From Patescibacteria group bacterium (GTDB taxonomy: Bacteria > Patescibacteriota > Minisyncoccia > Phycocordibacterales > PALSA-1337), in assembly GCA_018971685.1 (NCBI GenBank), contig JAGXAG010000002.1, forward strand, positions 66,276 to 130,275: DNA of 64,000 bases, given 5' to 3'. Position numbers and translations under genes: made by a program. The notes under the pieces are model-generated. The model worked only from the letters and a program-made list of their open reading frames with translations, ran no database searches and was not told where the DNA came from. Positions 8,210-16,748 of this stretch are shown here, in pieces; within the stretch, counting starts at the first letter, position 1, and every line of letters begins with the position of its first letter.

Positions 8210-8527
8210 ATGGAATTTGCCATAATTCAAACCGGCGGCAAGCAATATAATGTCTCCAGAGGGGACACTATTTCGATTGAAAAACTGCCGGGCGACTACA
8301 AAGAGGGCGATTCGATCGTCTTTGACAAGGTTTTATTGGTTGATGACGGCAAAGACGCCACTTTGGGCACTCCTTATATTCCAAAAGCGCAAGTAAAAGG
8401 CACCATCGTCAAAATTGGCCGCGCGGCGAAAATCATCGTCACACACTACAAGCAAAAGAGCAGATATTGGAAGAGGAACGGCCATCGACAGCATTTCTAC
8501 AAGATTAAAATCGACGCGTTGAAATAA
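8210..8527 (+). CDS. rplU: 50S ribosomal protein L21
   Basis: MEFAIIQTGGKQYNVSRGDTISIEKL matches L21. The track start at 8192 is GTG and a TATAAT box (8195-8200) lies inside that extension, so the ATG at 8210 is preferred. Confidence 0.85.
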   Translation: MEFAIIQTGGKQYNVSRGDTISIEKLPGDYKEGDSIVFDKVLLVDDGKDATLGTPYIPKAQVKGTIVKIGRAAKIIVTHYKQKSRYWKRNGHRQHFYKIKIDALK

Positions 8528-8573
8528 TGGTGGATGAAAAACTCCGCTCGAATCTGTATGTAGTTATGGTTTG

Positions 8574-9215
8574 TTATTCGCGGTGTTTCAATGCCGACTT
8601 TATGGTTTCGCCGTCCGCATACTCCAATTCCGCGCCAGTGGAAAGGCCGCGGCCAAGGACGGTAACATTCAGCCGCTTGCCATTGGTCAGATTATCGCCG
8701 GCGATTTTGCCGATAGCCTCTTTGATGATAGCGGCGGTGTGTTCGCCGTCGGCCGTAGCGCTTAGAGACAAAATAACTTCTTTCAATTCCGGCGATTGTG
8801 AGACTCTTTCAAGCAGAGCTTTCAGGCGAATTCTTTTTTCCGGTTCCTTGTCGAGAATGGGAACCGTGCCGCCGACGACGAAGTAAAGTCCGCGGTAGGC
8901 GCCGCTTTTTTCGATCGATTCCAGGTCGGAATCGCGCGAGACTATCATAAGCACCGAGCAATCCCTTGAGGTATCGGTACAGATATTGCACCGTGGTCCA
9001 GAATCAGTATGCTGAAGTCGAACTTCGGTAATGAAAAGTCGATGGCAGCTACTGCATTCATGGGCGCTCTTTTTCACCGTTTCGATCAGCTGAATGAATT
9101 CTTTTATAAAAGCCTGCGGCTTGCCGATCAGATAATAAGCAAAACGGCGCGCCTGCCGCGGCCCTATTCCCGGAAAATGAGCGAATATTTCTTCGAGTCG
9201 CCTCATAGAATCCAT
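8574..9215 (-). CDS. recR: Recombination protein RecR
   Basis: HhH motif FPGIGPRQARRFAYYL, a C4 zinc finger (CSSCHRL...CNIC) and a Toprim domain (LMIVSRDSDLES). Confidence 0.85.
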   Translation of the reverse strand: MDSMRRLEEIFAHFPGIGPRQARRFAYYLIGKPQAFIKEFIQLIETVKKSAHECSSCHRLFITEVRLQHTDSGPRCNICTDTSRDCSVLMIVSRDSDLESIEKSGAYRGLYFVVGGTVPILDKEPEKRIRLKALLERVSQSPELKEVILSLSATADGEHTAAIIKEAIGKIAGDNLTNGKRLNVTVLGRGLSTGAELEYADGETIKSALKHRE

Positions 9216-9285
9216 ACGGAAACATCATAACACAGGTCTGATATGCGTAATAATGAGATCTGACCTCAGTAAATCGCGGTAAACA

Positions 9286-10668
9286 TCACTGTGCCGCCTC
9301 GAAATCGCCGAATTCGCCCTTGTCGATAGACATGAAAGTCGTTTTCTTGGAATCAAAGAACAATTTTACTGATCCGGTCGGGCCATTACGGTGCTTTTCG
9401 ATCAAGATTTCCGCCTCTTCTTTTTTGCCGCCCATGTCCTGATCGGCTTCGCGGTGAATAAACATGACCACATCGGCGTCTTGCTCGATCGAACCGGAAT
9501 CGCGCAAGTCGGAAAGCCGCGGCTTGCCGCCGCGCTGTTCCACAGCGCGCGACAGTTGAGAGAGTGCCAGCACGGGCACCTCCAATTCGCGTGCCAAATT
9601 CTTCAGAGAGCGGGATATTTCCGTGACCTGTTGGACCATATTGTCGGAACTGCGCGTCTGAGTCGGCAACATCAATTGCAGATAGTCGACGACAATGAGT
9701 CCGAGCCCTTTGTCATTCTTGAGACGCCTGGCGACGGCGCGCATCTTCAGGATGTTATTGCCCGGCGCGTCGTCGATGAAAATCGGCGCCTGCGACAAGC
9801 GCGAGATCGCTTCGCCGATAGCCTTGAAATCGTTCTCGACCGAAAGGTTGTGGCCAGTGCGTATTTTCCATGAATCGACTTGCGATTCGGCGGCAAGCAT
9901 GCGGTCGACCAGTTGTTGCGAGCTCATTTCGAGCGAAAATATGGCAACCGGCACCTTGTGATTGACCGACGCCTTGCGCGCAATGTCCAGAGCGAGTGAA
10001 GTCTTTCCTACCGAAGGCCGCGCCGCCAATATAATCAAGTCAGATTTTTGGAAACCGGACAATTTGTTGTCCAGTTCCATAAACCCGGTGGGTACGCCGC
10101 GCAACTCATTCTTGGTTTTATGGAGATGATCAAGGCGTTCCCACGCTTCATCAAGGGTGTCTTTTAATGCTATGAATTTGCGCGAGCCTGTTTTATTGGT
10201 TACCTCGTAGAGAGCCTTTTCGGCCTTTTCCAGAATGTCGTGTAATTCCAACTCTTCGTCGTAACCGAGCGAGTTGATCGATTCGGCGGCGCGGATAAGG
10301 TCACGCATTACATGCTTGGTCTCTACGATCTCTGCATAATTGTGTGCATTTGCCGAAGACGGGACTATATTTATCAATTCGGTCAAATACGCCATACCTC
10401 CGGCGTCTTCAAGCAAGCCTTTTTCTTTTAGGCGCGCCGAGACTGATAAGAGGTCGATGGGTATAGCTTTGCCGTGAAGCTCAAAAAGCACTGTCCATAC
10501 GGCGCGATTTTGGTTGGAATAGAAAGACCGCTCGCTGACAATATCGACGATTTCATGCATGGTTTCCGGGTTCATCAGCGCGGAACCGAGCAGAGCCTTT
10601 TCGGCGTCAATGGAGTTGGGCGGAATCTTCAGGTCCTTGGCTTTCAGGAATGGAGAAACGGGTGACAT
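9286..10668 (-). CDS. dnaB: Replicative DNA helicase DnaB
   Basis: An N-terminal DnaB domain, Walker A ARPSVGKTSLAL, and the DnaB signature SQLSRAVEQR...SDLRDSGSIEQDAD. Confidence 0.9.
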   Translation of the reverse strand: MSPVSPFLKAKDLKIPPNSIDAEKALLGSALMNPETMHEIVDIVSERSFYSNQNRAVWTVLFELHGKAIPIDLLSVSARLKEKGLLEDAGGMAYLTELINIVPSSANAHNYAEIVETKHVMRDLIRAAESINSLGYDEELELHDILEKAEKALYEVTNKTGSRKFIALKDTLDEAWERLDHLHKTKNELRGVPTGFMELDNKLSGFQKSDLIILAARPSVGKTSLALDIARKASVNHKVPVAIFSLEMSSQQLVDRMLAAESQVDSWKIRTGHNLSVENDFKAIGEAISRLSQAPIFIDDAPGNNILKMRAVARRLKNDKGLGLIVVDYLQLMLPTQTRSSDNMVQQVTEISRSLKNLARELEVPVLALSQLSRAVEQRGGKPRLSDLRDSGSIEQDADVVMFIHREADQDMGGKKEEAEILIEKHRNGPTGSVKLFFDSKKTTFMSIDKGEFGDFEAAQ

Positions 10669-10847
10669 GGAGACATTATAGCAAAAAATAAAACGCGATA
10701 CATAAAATATGAAAAAGTGGATAGGATGTGAATTACAAAAGTCATCATTTCGTTATCACTTTATCATTAAAAAGTTATCAGTTTGTAATCAAACTGTAAT
10801 CGCCGGTCGGTATAATTTACTTATTATAAGTGTAATCGCAAAGAATC

Positions 10848-11099
10848 ATGTCATTAGACCAAAAAGATATAGAAATTATCGAGCGCATCATGTACAAGTG
10901 CGGCGACGACCTGTCGATAGCTCTCGGTCGCAGTTTCGAACATTTGGAAGAGCGTATCGATGGCGCCGAGACCCGCATTTATTCACGACTGTCTGATTTT
11001 GAGAATGAAGTGGAAGCCAACAGGCAAGAAACATCAGATGGATTATCAGACATCAGGGCCGAATTGATTGAATTTGCCAGGTCAAAAGAAAACTTATAG
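10848..11099 (+). CDS. Hypothetical small coiled-coil protein
   Basis: 83-aa acidic ORF with no recognisable family, in an AT-rich intergenic context downstream of dnaB. Confidence 0.35.
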   Translation: MSLDQKDIEIIERIMYKCGDDLSIALGRSFEHLEERIDGAETRIYSRLSDFENEVEANRQETSDGLSDIRAELIEFARSKENL

Positions 11100-12473
11100 T
11101 TTTGCTCGGACTTGCACGCCGTTGGAAGTATCCTTGACTTCGTATCCGCCGTTTTCAATCTCGACGCGTAATTTGTCAGCCTTGCTCCAATCTTTCGCCG
11201 CGCGCGCCTTTTCGCGCTCGAGAACAAGCGCCTGGATCTCAAACGGCACTTTGCTGCTTTTATCTTCGATTCCTAAATTCAGGCCAAAAACACGATCAAA
11301 ATCTAGAATGGTTGCGCGTTTGTCGGCGGGCGACTGGGTATCATCCTTTAATAATTCCCAGACTAGTGCCAAGGCCTTTGGCATGTCCAAATCATCGCTT
11401 ATATAAGCGCCAAAACGCTCTTTATAGCTGTTTATGACAGTGCCGCCGCGCGGATAGTCATTCATGGTATTTTTCAAGCGATTCAGAGCATTCAGGGCGG
11501 CTTCCAACGCATCGAAAGAGAAGTGTACCGGCGAACGGTAATGCGCCATCAATAACCAATAGCGATATGCTAGGGGGGTAAGCGATCTTTCGGCCAAATC
11601 TTCTAGCTTAATGATATTACCTTTCGACTTGGACATTTTCTCTTCTTTGATAGTCATAAACCCGCCATGGATCCAATAATTAGCAAATTTTTTTCCGGTA
11701 GCAGATTCTGACTGGGCGATCTCATTGGTGTGATGGGGAAATATCAAATCAGAGCCGCCGGTGTGGATATCTATAGTGTCGCCAAGCTCTGTGATGGCCA
11801 TCGCTGAACATTCGATATGCCAGCCCGGCCTGCCTTCGCCGAATGGCGATTGCCATGAATTATCACCGTCTTCCGGCGTTTTAAGCTTCCACAAAGCGAA
11901 ATCTCTTGGATCTTCTTTATCATATTCGTCGTTGGCCACGCGACTTTTCGGTTCATGGTAACTAGCATGTGTCTTTTCATCTTTTGTCGATTGCGCTTTT
12001 AGTCCCGCCAATTTGCCGTAGTCTTTAACTTTGTCTATGCTCATATATATGCCGTCGGAAGTCTTGTAAGCAAAATCTTTTTCAATTAGTAATTGGACCA
12101 ACCCGATCATATCTTGAATACAATCAGTGGCTTTTATCAAGTGGTGCGGTGTCAATATATTCAATGATTTTAATCCGGCCAAAAATAATTTTTCATATTT
12201 TTCCGTTACTGTTTTCAGCGGGACATTTTGTTCGCGGCTTTTCTTTATCGTTTTATCATCCACATCGGTTACATTCATGACCTGATCGACTTTGTAATCG
12301 AAATATTCAAGCATGCGCCGCAAAAGATCGTTCATGACAAAAGTGCGGTAATTGCCTATATGCGGAGTGTCGTAAACCGTCGGACCGCAATTATACATGC
12401 TGACTTGGCCGGCTTTGATCGGTTTGAAAACTTCTTTTTTTTTCGAGAGAGTGTTGTAAAGTTTTATTTCCAT
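11094..12473 (-). CDS. cysS: Cysteine--tRNA ligase
   Basis: MEIKLYNTLSKKKEVFKP, HIGH motif PHIGN, KMSKS motif KMSKSKGN and the CysRS C-terminal domain. The ATG at complement 12471-12473 is preferred over the upstream starts. Confidence 0.85.
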   Translation of the reverse strand: MEIKLYNTLSKKKEVFKPIKAGQVSMYNCGPTVYDTPHIGNYRTFVMNDLLRRMLEYFDYKVDQVMNVTDVDDKTIKKSREQNVPLKTVTEKYEKLFLAGLKSLNILTPHHLIKATDCIQDMIGLVQLLIEKDFAYKTSDGIYMSIDKVKDYGKLAGLKAQSTKDEKTHASYHEPKSRVANDEYDKEDPRDFALWKLKTPEDGDNSWQSPFGEGRPGWHIECSAMAITELGDTIDIHTGGSDLIFPHHTNEIAQSESATGKKFANYWIHGGFMTIKEEKMSKSKGNIIKLEDLAERSLTPLAYRYWLLMAHYRSPVHFSFDALEAALNALNRLKNTMNDYPRGGTVINSYKERFGAYISDDLDMPKALALVWELLKDDTQSPADKRATILDFDRVFGLNLGIEDKSSKVPFEIQALVLEREKARAAKDWSKADKLRVEIENGGYEVKDTSNGVQVRAKL

Positions 12474-12533
12474 GGATTTCATGCGAGTTTGCAAGAACGA
12501 GACCAAACATGTGCACGACACCGTCGCTATAGA

Positions 12534-13454
12534 TCACAACCAACCTTTTCGTTTGATAACTGACCAGAGGCCGATGGTTATGAGTATCATCACCGCAAAC
12601 ATGGAATACCATCCGACCGGCGAATGAATGAACGGCACATTTGCGGCTGGAATGGTGAACAGTGCGGCAATAAAAGCGATCGGCTGGAAAATAAATATGA
12701 CAAGAGTGAGCACTTTGATTATTTGATTTTGTTTTGTATTCAAGAGTGAGTCATTCGTCTCGCGCAAGTCCGCCAATAATTCTCGGCAATTTCCGATAAG
12801 CTCATTTATACGGTTAAATCCGTCGCGCAAGTCACGCATATAAGGCATGAATTCGTAGTCGAATATCACGCCCTGATAAGCCAACAGATCGTTCCAAATA
12901 TCTCGGTGTGCCCGAGCTGTTTGCCTGAAATCTATGAGTTCGCGGCTGAGATCTGAAAGAATTCTAACCATTTTCTGCTCGTCACCTTTGAATATCCTGG
13001 TCTCGGCGGATACCAAAGCGTCGCGTATGTTGTCTAAATCATTGAACATGCCGGTGTATATCCTCTTCACCATATAATAGAATAGTTGCCCGGCATGCTC
13101 GACTTTTTCATCTTTGCCCAAAATAGAATTGGCTTCAAATATCTTGGCAAAATACTCGAGTTGTTCAATAGCGTTAAATCGCGAAGTTATCAAGAAATTT
13201 TTACCGATTACAAAATCTATTTCTCGGTCTACGACTTCATGTGAATTGCCGTTCTTTTCGCGTACAGGCAAGGTCAACACGACCAAGGCATAATTTTCGT
13301 AAAAGTCTATCTTGGCGAGCGAAGATGAGCTTTTCAATTCTTCTCCGACTAGCGGATGTAGGTCATACCGCCTTATCAATCCGGCTATTTCATTGTCATC
13401 TGGCGACTCCGCATCTATCCATACAATGCCTCGGTAAGTATGAGTTTTTGTCAT
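12534..13454 (-). CDS. corA: CorA-family Mg/Co transporter-like protein with a variant pore motif (AAN in place of GMN)
   Basis: A cytoplasmic alpha/beta domain plus two C-terminal TM helices. IFQPIAFIAALFTIPAANVPF aligns with CorA [21 protein letters not shown]. Confidence 0.55.
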   Translation of the reverse strand: MTKTHTYRGIVWIDAESPDDNEIAGLIRRYDLHPLVGEELKSSSSLAKIDFYENYALVVLTLPVREKNGNSHEVVDREIDFVIGKNFLITSRFNAIEQLEYFAKIFEANSILGKDEKVEHAGQLFYYMVKRIYTGMFNDLDNIRDALVSAETRIFKGDEQKMVRILSDLSRELIDFRQTARAHRDIWNDLLAYQGVIFDYEFMPYMRDLRDGFNRINELIGNCRELLADLRETNDSLLNTKQNQIIKVLTLVIFIFQPIAFIAALFTIPAANVPFIHSPVGWYSMFAVMILITIGLWSVIKRKGWL

Positions 13455-13533
13455 AATAACAGTATTGTAACATATAACATATTTTATCGCCGCCTTGCCG
13501 TGTCATATGCGAATATGCAATAATAAACTGCAA

Positions 13534-14745
13534 ATGAATAAACAAAATAAAACAACCGTCATATTGATTGGTGCAATCGCCGTTGTTATCGCTTTTATGA
13601 TCGGGATGTCTGTGGGACAAGGGCAATCACCGGCATCCATTGCCGGCTCGAATATTACCGATCTGACACAGGTTACTGCCGATCAATTCGCGCCTTATTG
13701 GAAGGCTTGGCAGATCCTAGACCAGAAGTATGTGGCAGCCGCCAGTACTACGGTGCAACAAAAAATCTGGGGTTCGATAGAAGGCCTAGCTTCTTCATTC
13801 GGCGACCCTTATACCGTTTTTTTTCCGCCGACCGAGAATAAAGTCTTCCAAGAAGATATTTCAGGCGACTTCGAGGGTGTAGGTATGGAAATAGGCATAA
13901 AAGATAAACAGTTACAGGTGATCGCGCCTATCAAGGGGAGCCCGGCTGACAAAGCCGGCGTTAAGGCTGGCGATCTGATATTGAAAATCGATGACAAGGT
14001 CACAACCAACATGTCCACCGACGAAGCGGTAAAATTGATTCGTGGTCCGAAGGGGAGTGTGGTCAAGATCACTTTCTTAAGCGTTGGTGTTTCGAAACCG
14101 GTCGTAAAATCCATTACTCGCGACACGATCAATATTCCGACCATAGACACCAGTGAAAAGCCCGGCGGCATATATGTCATACGCCTATATAGTTTTACTG
14201 CGCAATCACCAGACCTTTTCCGCAACGCCTTGCGTTCATTCGTACTTTCCGGCGACCACAAGCTTATCCTCGATCTGCGCGGTAATCCAGGAGGCTATCT
14301 TGAAGCGGCCTGGGACATGGCTTCATGGTTCTTGCCGGCAGGGAAGACGGTGGTGACGGAAGATTTCGGCAAAAACGGTTCGCCTAAGGTCTATAAGAGT
14401 AAAGGTTACAATGTCTTCAATAAAAATTTGGATATGCTCATATTAGTTGATAACGGTTCGGCTTCCGCTTCGGAAATTCTGGCAGGCGCCTTAGAAGAGA
14501 ACGGCGTTGCAAAGCTTGTTGGAGAAAAGACCTTCGGCAAAGGTTCGGTTCAAGAATTGATACCGATCACTTCCGATACATCTTTGAAAGTTACAATTGC
14601 CCGCTGGTTAACGCCTTCCGGACACAATCTCTCAGAGAATGGTCTTGATCCGGACTATCCGGTGGAAATAACCGATCAAAATACCAAAAATGGCAACGAT
14701 CCGGTGATGAACAAGGCGGTTGAATTACTCACAGCGGAAAAATAA
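13534..14745 (+). CDS. ctpA: Carboxyl-terminal processing protease (S41 family)
   Basis: An N-terminal TM anchor, a PDZ domain (IKGSPADKAGVKAGDLILKIDD), and the S41 catalytic region (DLRGNPGG, GSASASEI, GEKTFGKGSVQ). The ATG at 13534 is preferred over the TTG at 13495. Confidence 0.8.
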   Translation: MNKQNKTTVILIGAIAVVIAFMIGMSVGQGQSPASIAGSNITDLTQVTADQFAPYWKAWQILDQKYVAAASTTVQQKIWGSIEGLASSFGDPYTVFFPPTENKVFQEDISGDFEGVGMEIGIKDKQLQVIAPIKGSPADKAGVKAGDLILKIDDKVTTNMSTDEAVKLIRGPKGSVVKITFLSVGVSKPVVKSITRDTINIPTIDTSEKPGGIYVIRLYSFTAQSPDLFRNALRSFVLSGDHKLILDLRGNPGGYLEAAWDMASWFLPAGKTVVTEDFGKNGSPKVYKSKGYNVFNKNLDMLILVDNGSASASEILAGALEENGVAKLVGEKTFGKGSVQELIPITSDTSLKVTIARWLTPSGHNLSENGLDPDYPVEITDQNTKNGNDPVMNKAVELLTAEK

Positions 14746-14759
14746 CGAACAAATAATCA

Positions 14760-15209
14760 ATGAAAATTATTTTATTAAAAGACATTCCGAAATTGGGTCG
14801 TCGATTCGATATCAAAGAAGTCAATTCTGGCCACGCGATCAATTTCCTTATTCCGAAAGGGATGGCACTCGAAGCTACGCCGGCCGTAATCAAGAAGGTA
14901 GAGCTTGAGAAAGCCAGAGCAGAAGGGGAGAGAAAAATGCGGGAAGAACTGCTTGTAAAGAATATTGAAGGACTGGACGGTCTGACTTTGAATGTTTCCG
15001 GCAAAACAAACGAAAAAGGTCACTTATTCGCGGCTATTCATGCAGATACAATTGCCGAAGAATTGGAGAAGCAAGCTCGTATACAAGTCAACCCGTCGTT
15101 CATAGTATTGGATCACCCCATCAAAGAGACGGGCGAACATGCTGTTAAAGTAAGAGCGCACGACAAGACGGTTAAGTTCGCACTTGTCGTAAAAGGGGAT
15201 AGCGAATAA
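14760..15209 (+). CDS. rplI: 50S ribosomal protein L9
   Basis: MKIILLKDIPKLGRRFDIKEVNSGHAINFLIP matches the L9 N-domain. Confidence 0.85.
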   Translation: MKIILLKDIPKLGRRFDIKEVNSGHAINFLIPKGMALEATPAVIKKVELEKARAEGERKMREELLVKNIEGLDGLTLNVSGKTNEKGHLFAAIHADTIAEELEKQARIQVNPSFIVLDHPIKETGEHAVKVRAHDKTVKFALVVKGDSE

Positions 15210-15214
15210 TGTCT

Positions 15215-15487
15215 CTACAACACACTAGCGATCTTTTTCCTATCGATATCGTTATTGAAAGAAATTTTTCTCTTTGTGCCGAATTGAACGGTACCGCCGC
15301 GCAAAGCAAAGAGGGTATAGTCTTTACCCATACCCACATTTTTGCCAGGAAGCACATTTGTACCGCGTTGCCGAACGATTATTTGGCCAACGGAAACTGC
15401 CTGACCGTGATTTATCTTCACACCCAGGTATTTGGGATTCGAATCGCGACCGTTTTTCGTTGATCCTTCAGCTTTCCTGTGTGCCAT
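15215..15487 (-). CDS. rpmA: 50S ribosomal protein L27
   Basis: [24 protein letters not shown] matches L27. Confidence 0.9.
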   Translation of the reverse strand: MAHRKAEGSTKNGRDSNPKYLGVKINHGQAVSVGQIIVRQRGTNVLPGKNVGMGKDYTLFALRGGTVQFGTKRKISFNNDIDRKKIASVL

Positions 15488-15604
15488 TTAAGTTAAATTA
15501 AAAATAAGAAATAAAAATTAAAAACCCTATGAAATACAGCTTAACACAGGGCGATTTTTCATGCAAGGGGTGAAATACGGCCTAAAATAAGGATATTTTG
15601 CTTG

Positions 15605-15675
15605 CGTAAAATGGCTCTACAGAGCCATTTTACGGCCATCAGACTCTTGACTTCATAGACCAAAGGTGCTAAACT
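15605..15675 (+). promoter_or_regulatory. A 13+4+13 perfect palindrome (CGTAAAATGGCTC-TACA-GAGCCATTTTACG, 15605-15634) immediately upstream of a putative promoter (-35 TTGACT 15647-15652, -10 TAAACT 15670-15675)
   Basis: Read directly from the sequence. The palindrome centre lies ~63 nt upstream of the predicted TSS, a class-I activator-like position. A second small hairpin AAAATA-AGGA-TATTTT is at 15586-15601. Confidence 0.35.
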
Positions 15676-15731
15676 AAAGCTACAAAATGAGCTAGAGTGA
15701 GCACCATGCTTACGAGGCTCGTTTTTTAATT

Positions 15732-16208
15732 ATGATTGAATTGACAACCGGTGTGGTGTTCCTGATGTCATCTTTATACGGTGCCGGCGGAGCAAACGCG
15801 CAGATCGCCAGCACGGCGAGTGTCGCAAATGTCCGGACAGCGGCCGTTGAACAGGCGACTACCACGGAACAAGTACGATTGACTGACCAGCAAGATATTG
15901 AAAACTATGTTAAAAGGGCATATGCCGATCATCCGATCCTAGTCGAAATAGCATGGTGCGAATCACGCTTCAAGCAATTCAACGACGACGGTACGGTTGT
16001 TCGCGGCAAGGTCAACAATCAAGATGTCGGCGTAATGCAAATTAACGAACACTTCAACGGCGATGAAGCCAAGAAGCTCGGTTACGATATTTATGATGTG
16101 AAGGGCAATGTCGCTTTCGGCGAATACCTTTACGGCAGGTACGGAACCGATCCGTGGAATTCATCCGAGAAGTGTTGGGGTCAGACAAATGATATAGCGA
16201 AGAAGTAA
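15732..16208 (+). CDS. Secreted lysozyme-like / SLT-domain (lytic transglycosylase-like) protein
   Basis: A signal-anchor N-terminus, AWCESRF (catalytic Glu context), VGVMQINE and a YD..GN..FGEYLY pattern typical of SLT family 1. Confidence 0.5.
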   Translation: MIELTTGVVFLMSSLYGAGGANAQIASTASVANVRTAAVEQATTTEQVRLTDQQDIENYVKRAYADHPILVEIAWCESRFKQFNDDGTVVRGKVNNQDVGVMQINEHFNGDEAKKLGYDIYDVKGNVAFGEYLYGRYGTDPWNSSEKCWGQTNDIAKK

Positions 16209-16260
16209 AAATCAGCGATTAAATTGTTAGCGACTAGTATCTAGGTGGATTATTAGAATC

Positions 16261-16288
16261 AAAAGACTCCCCGAAAGGGGAGTCTTTT
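16261..16288. terminator. Bidirectional rho-independent terminator (AAAAGACTCCCC-GAAA-GGGGAGTCTTTT) between convergent genes
   Basis: A perfect 12-bp stem with a GAAA tetraloop, flanked by an A-run and a T-run. Confidence 0.65.
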
Positions 16289-16341
16289 ACTATTATATAT
16301 TCGAAGACATGGTATGTCGCACAATATATGTTGGGTACACA

Positions 16342-16680
16342 TTAATTAGCCAGTGTCGATGTTGCAAGCGGCGGCAACTTCGGCGCTTGGTCGGGCGTGA
16401 TCGCCGGGCCGCCGCCTTGCATGCGCTTCAAGGTATCAAAGAACGGATTCCATACATATGGCCGTAAGAAGTTGTTCCAAGTCCATGTGACGGGTGTTTT
16501 CAAATAATTATTCCAACCGGTTGATACTAGTTCGCCGGCATAGACAAGATTGTCGTGCACTACCGGCGAAGCCACGATGTTGCGCAGGTTGAAGCCGAAG
16601 TAACCGAGAATGATAAGCAGAGCAACGACAAAGAGAACCGTTCTCGCCAGTCCTCCCCTATTCATACTGTTATTTTTCAT
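16342..16680 (-). CDS. Hypothetical membrane-anchored protein
   Basis: 112 aa with an N-terminal TM helix and a Trp-rich ectodomain. It lies downstream of the M23 peptidase gene and may be co-transcribed. Confidence 0.4.
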   Translation of the reverse strand: MKNNSMNRGGLARTVLFVVALLIILGYFGFNLRNIVASPVVHDNLVYAGELVSTGWNNYLKTPVTWTWNNFLRPYVWNPFFDTLKRMQGGGPAITPDQAPKLPPLATSTLAN

Positions 16681-16748
16681 GTTTTTGCTTATTCACTGAC
16701 AACTGATCCACTAATGGCTAATCCCTAACTCCTGGTGGCTAGATTATA

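Noticed and set aside
10669-10847. The TTATC-rich region upstream of dnaB as a candidate oriC or DnaA-box cluster
   Set aside because: The repeats (TTATCAC, TTATCAT, TTATCAG, TGTAATC) do not match the DnaA box TTATCCACA well, and dnaA and dnaN are not nearby. It more likely holds the dnaB promoter and regulatory sites.
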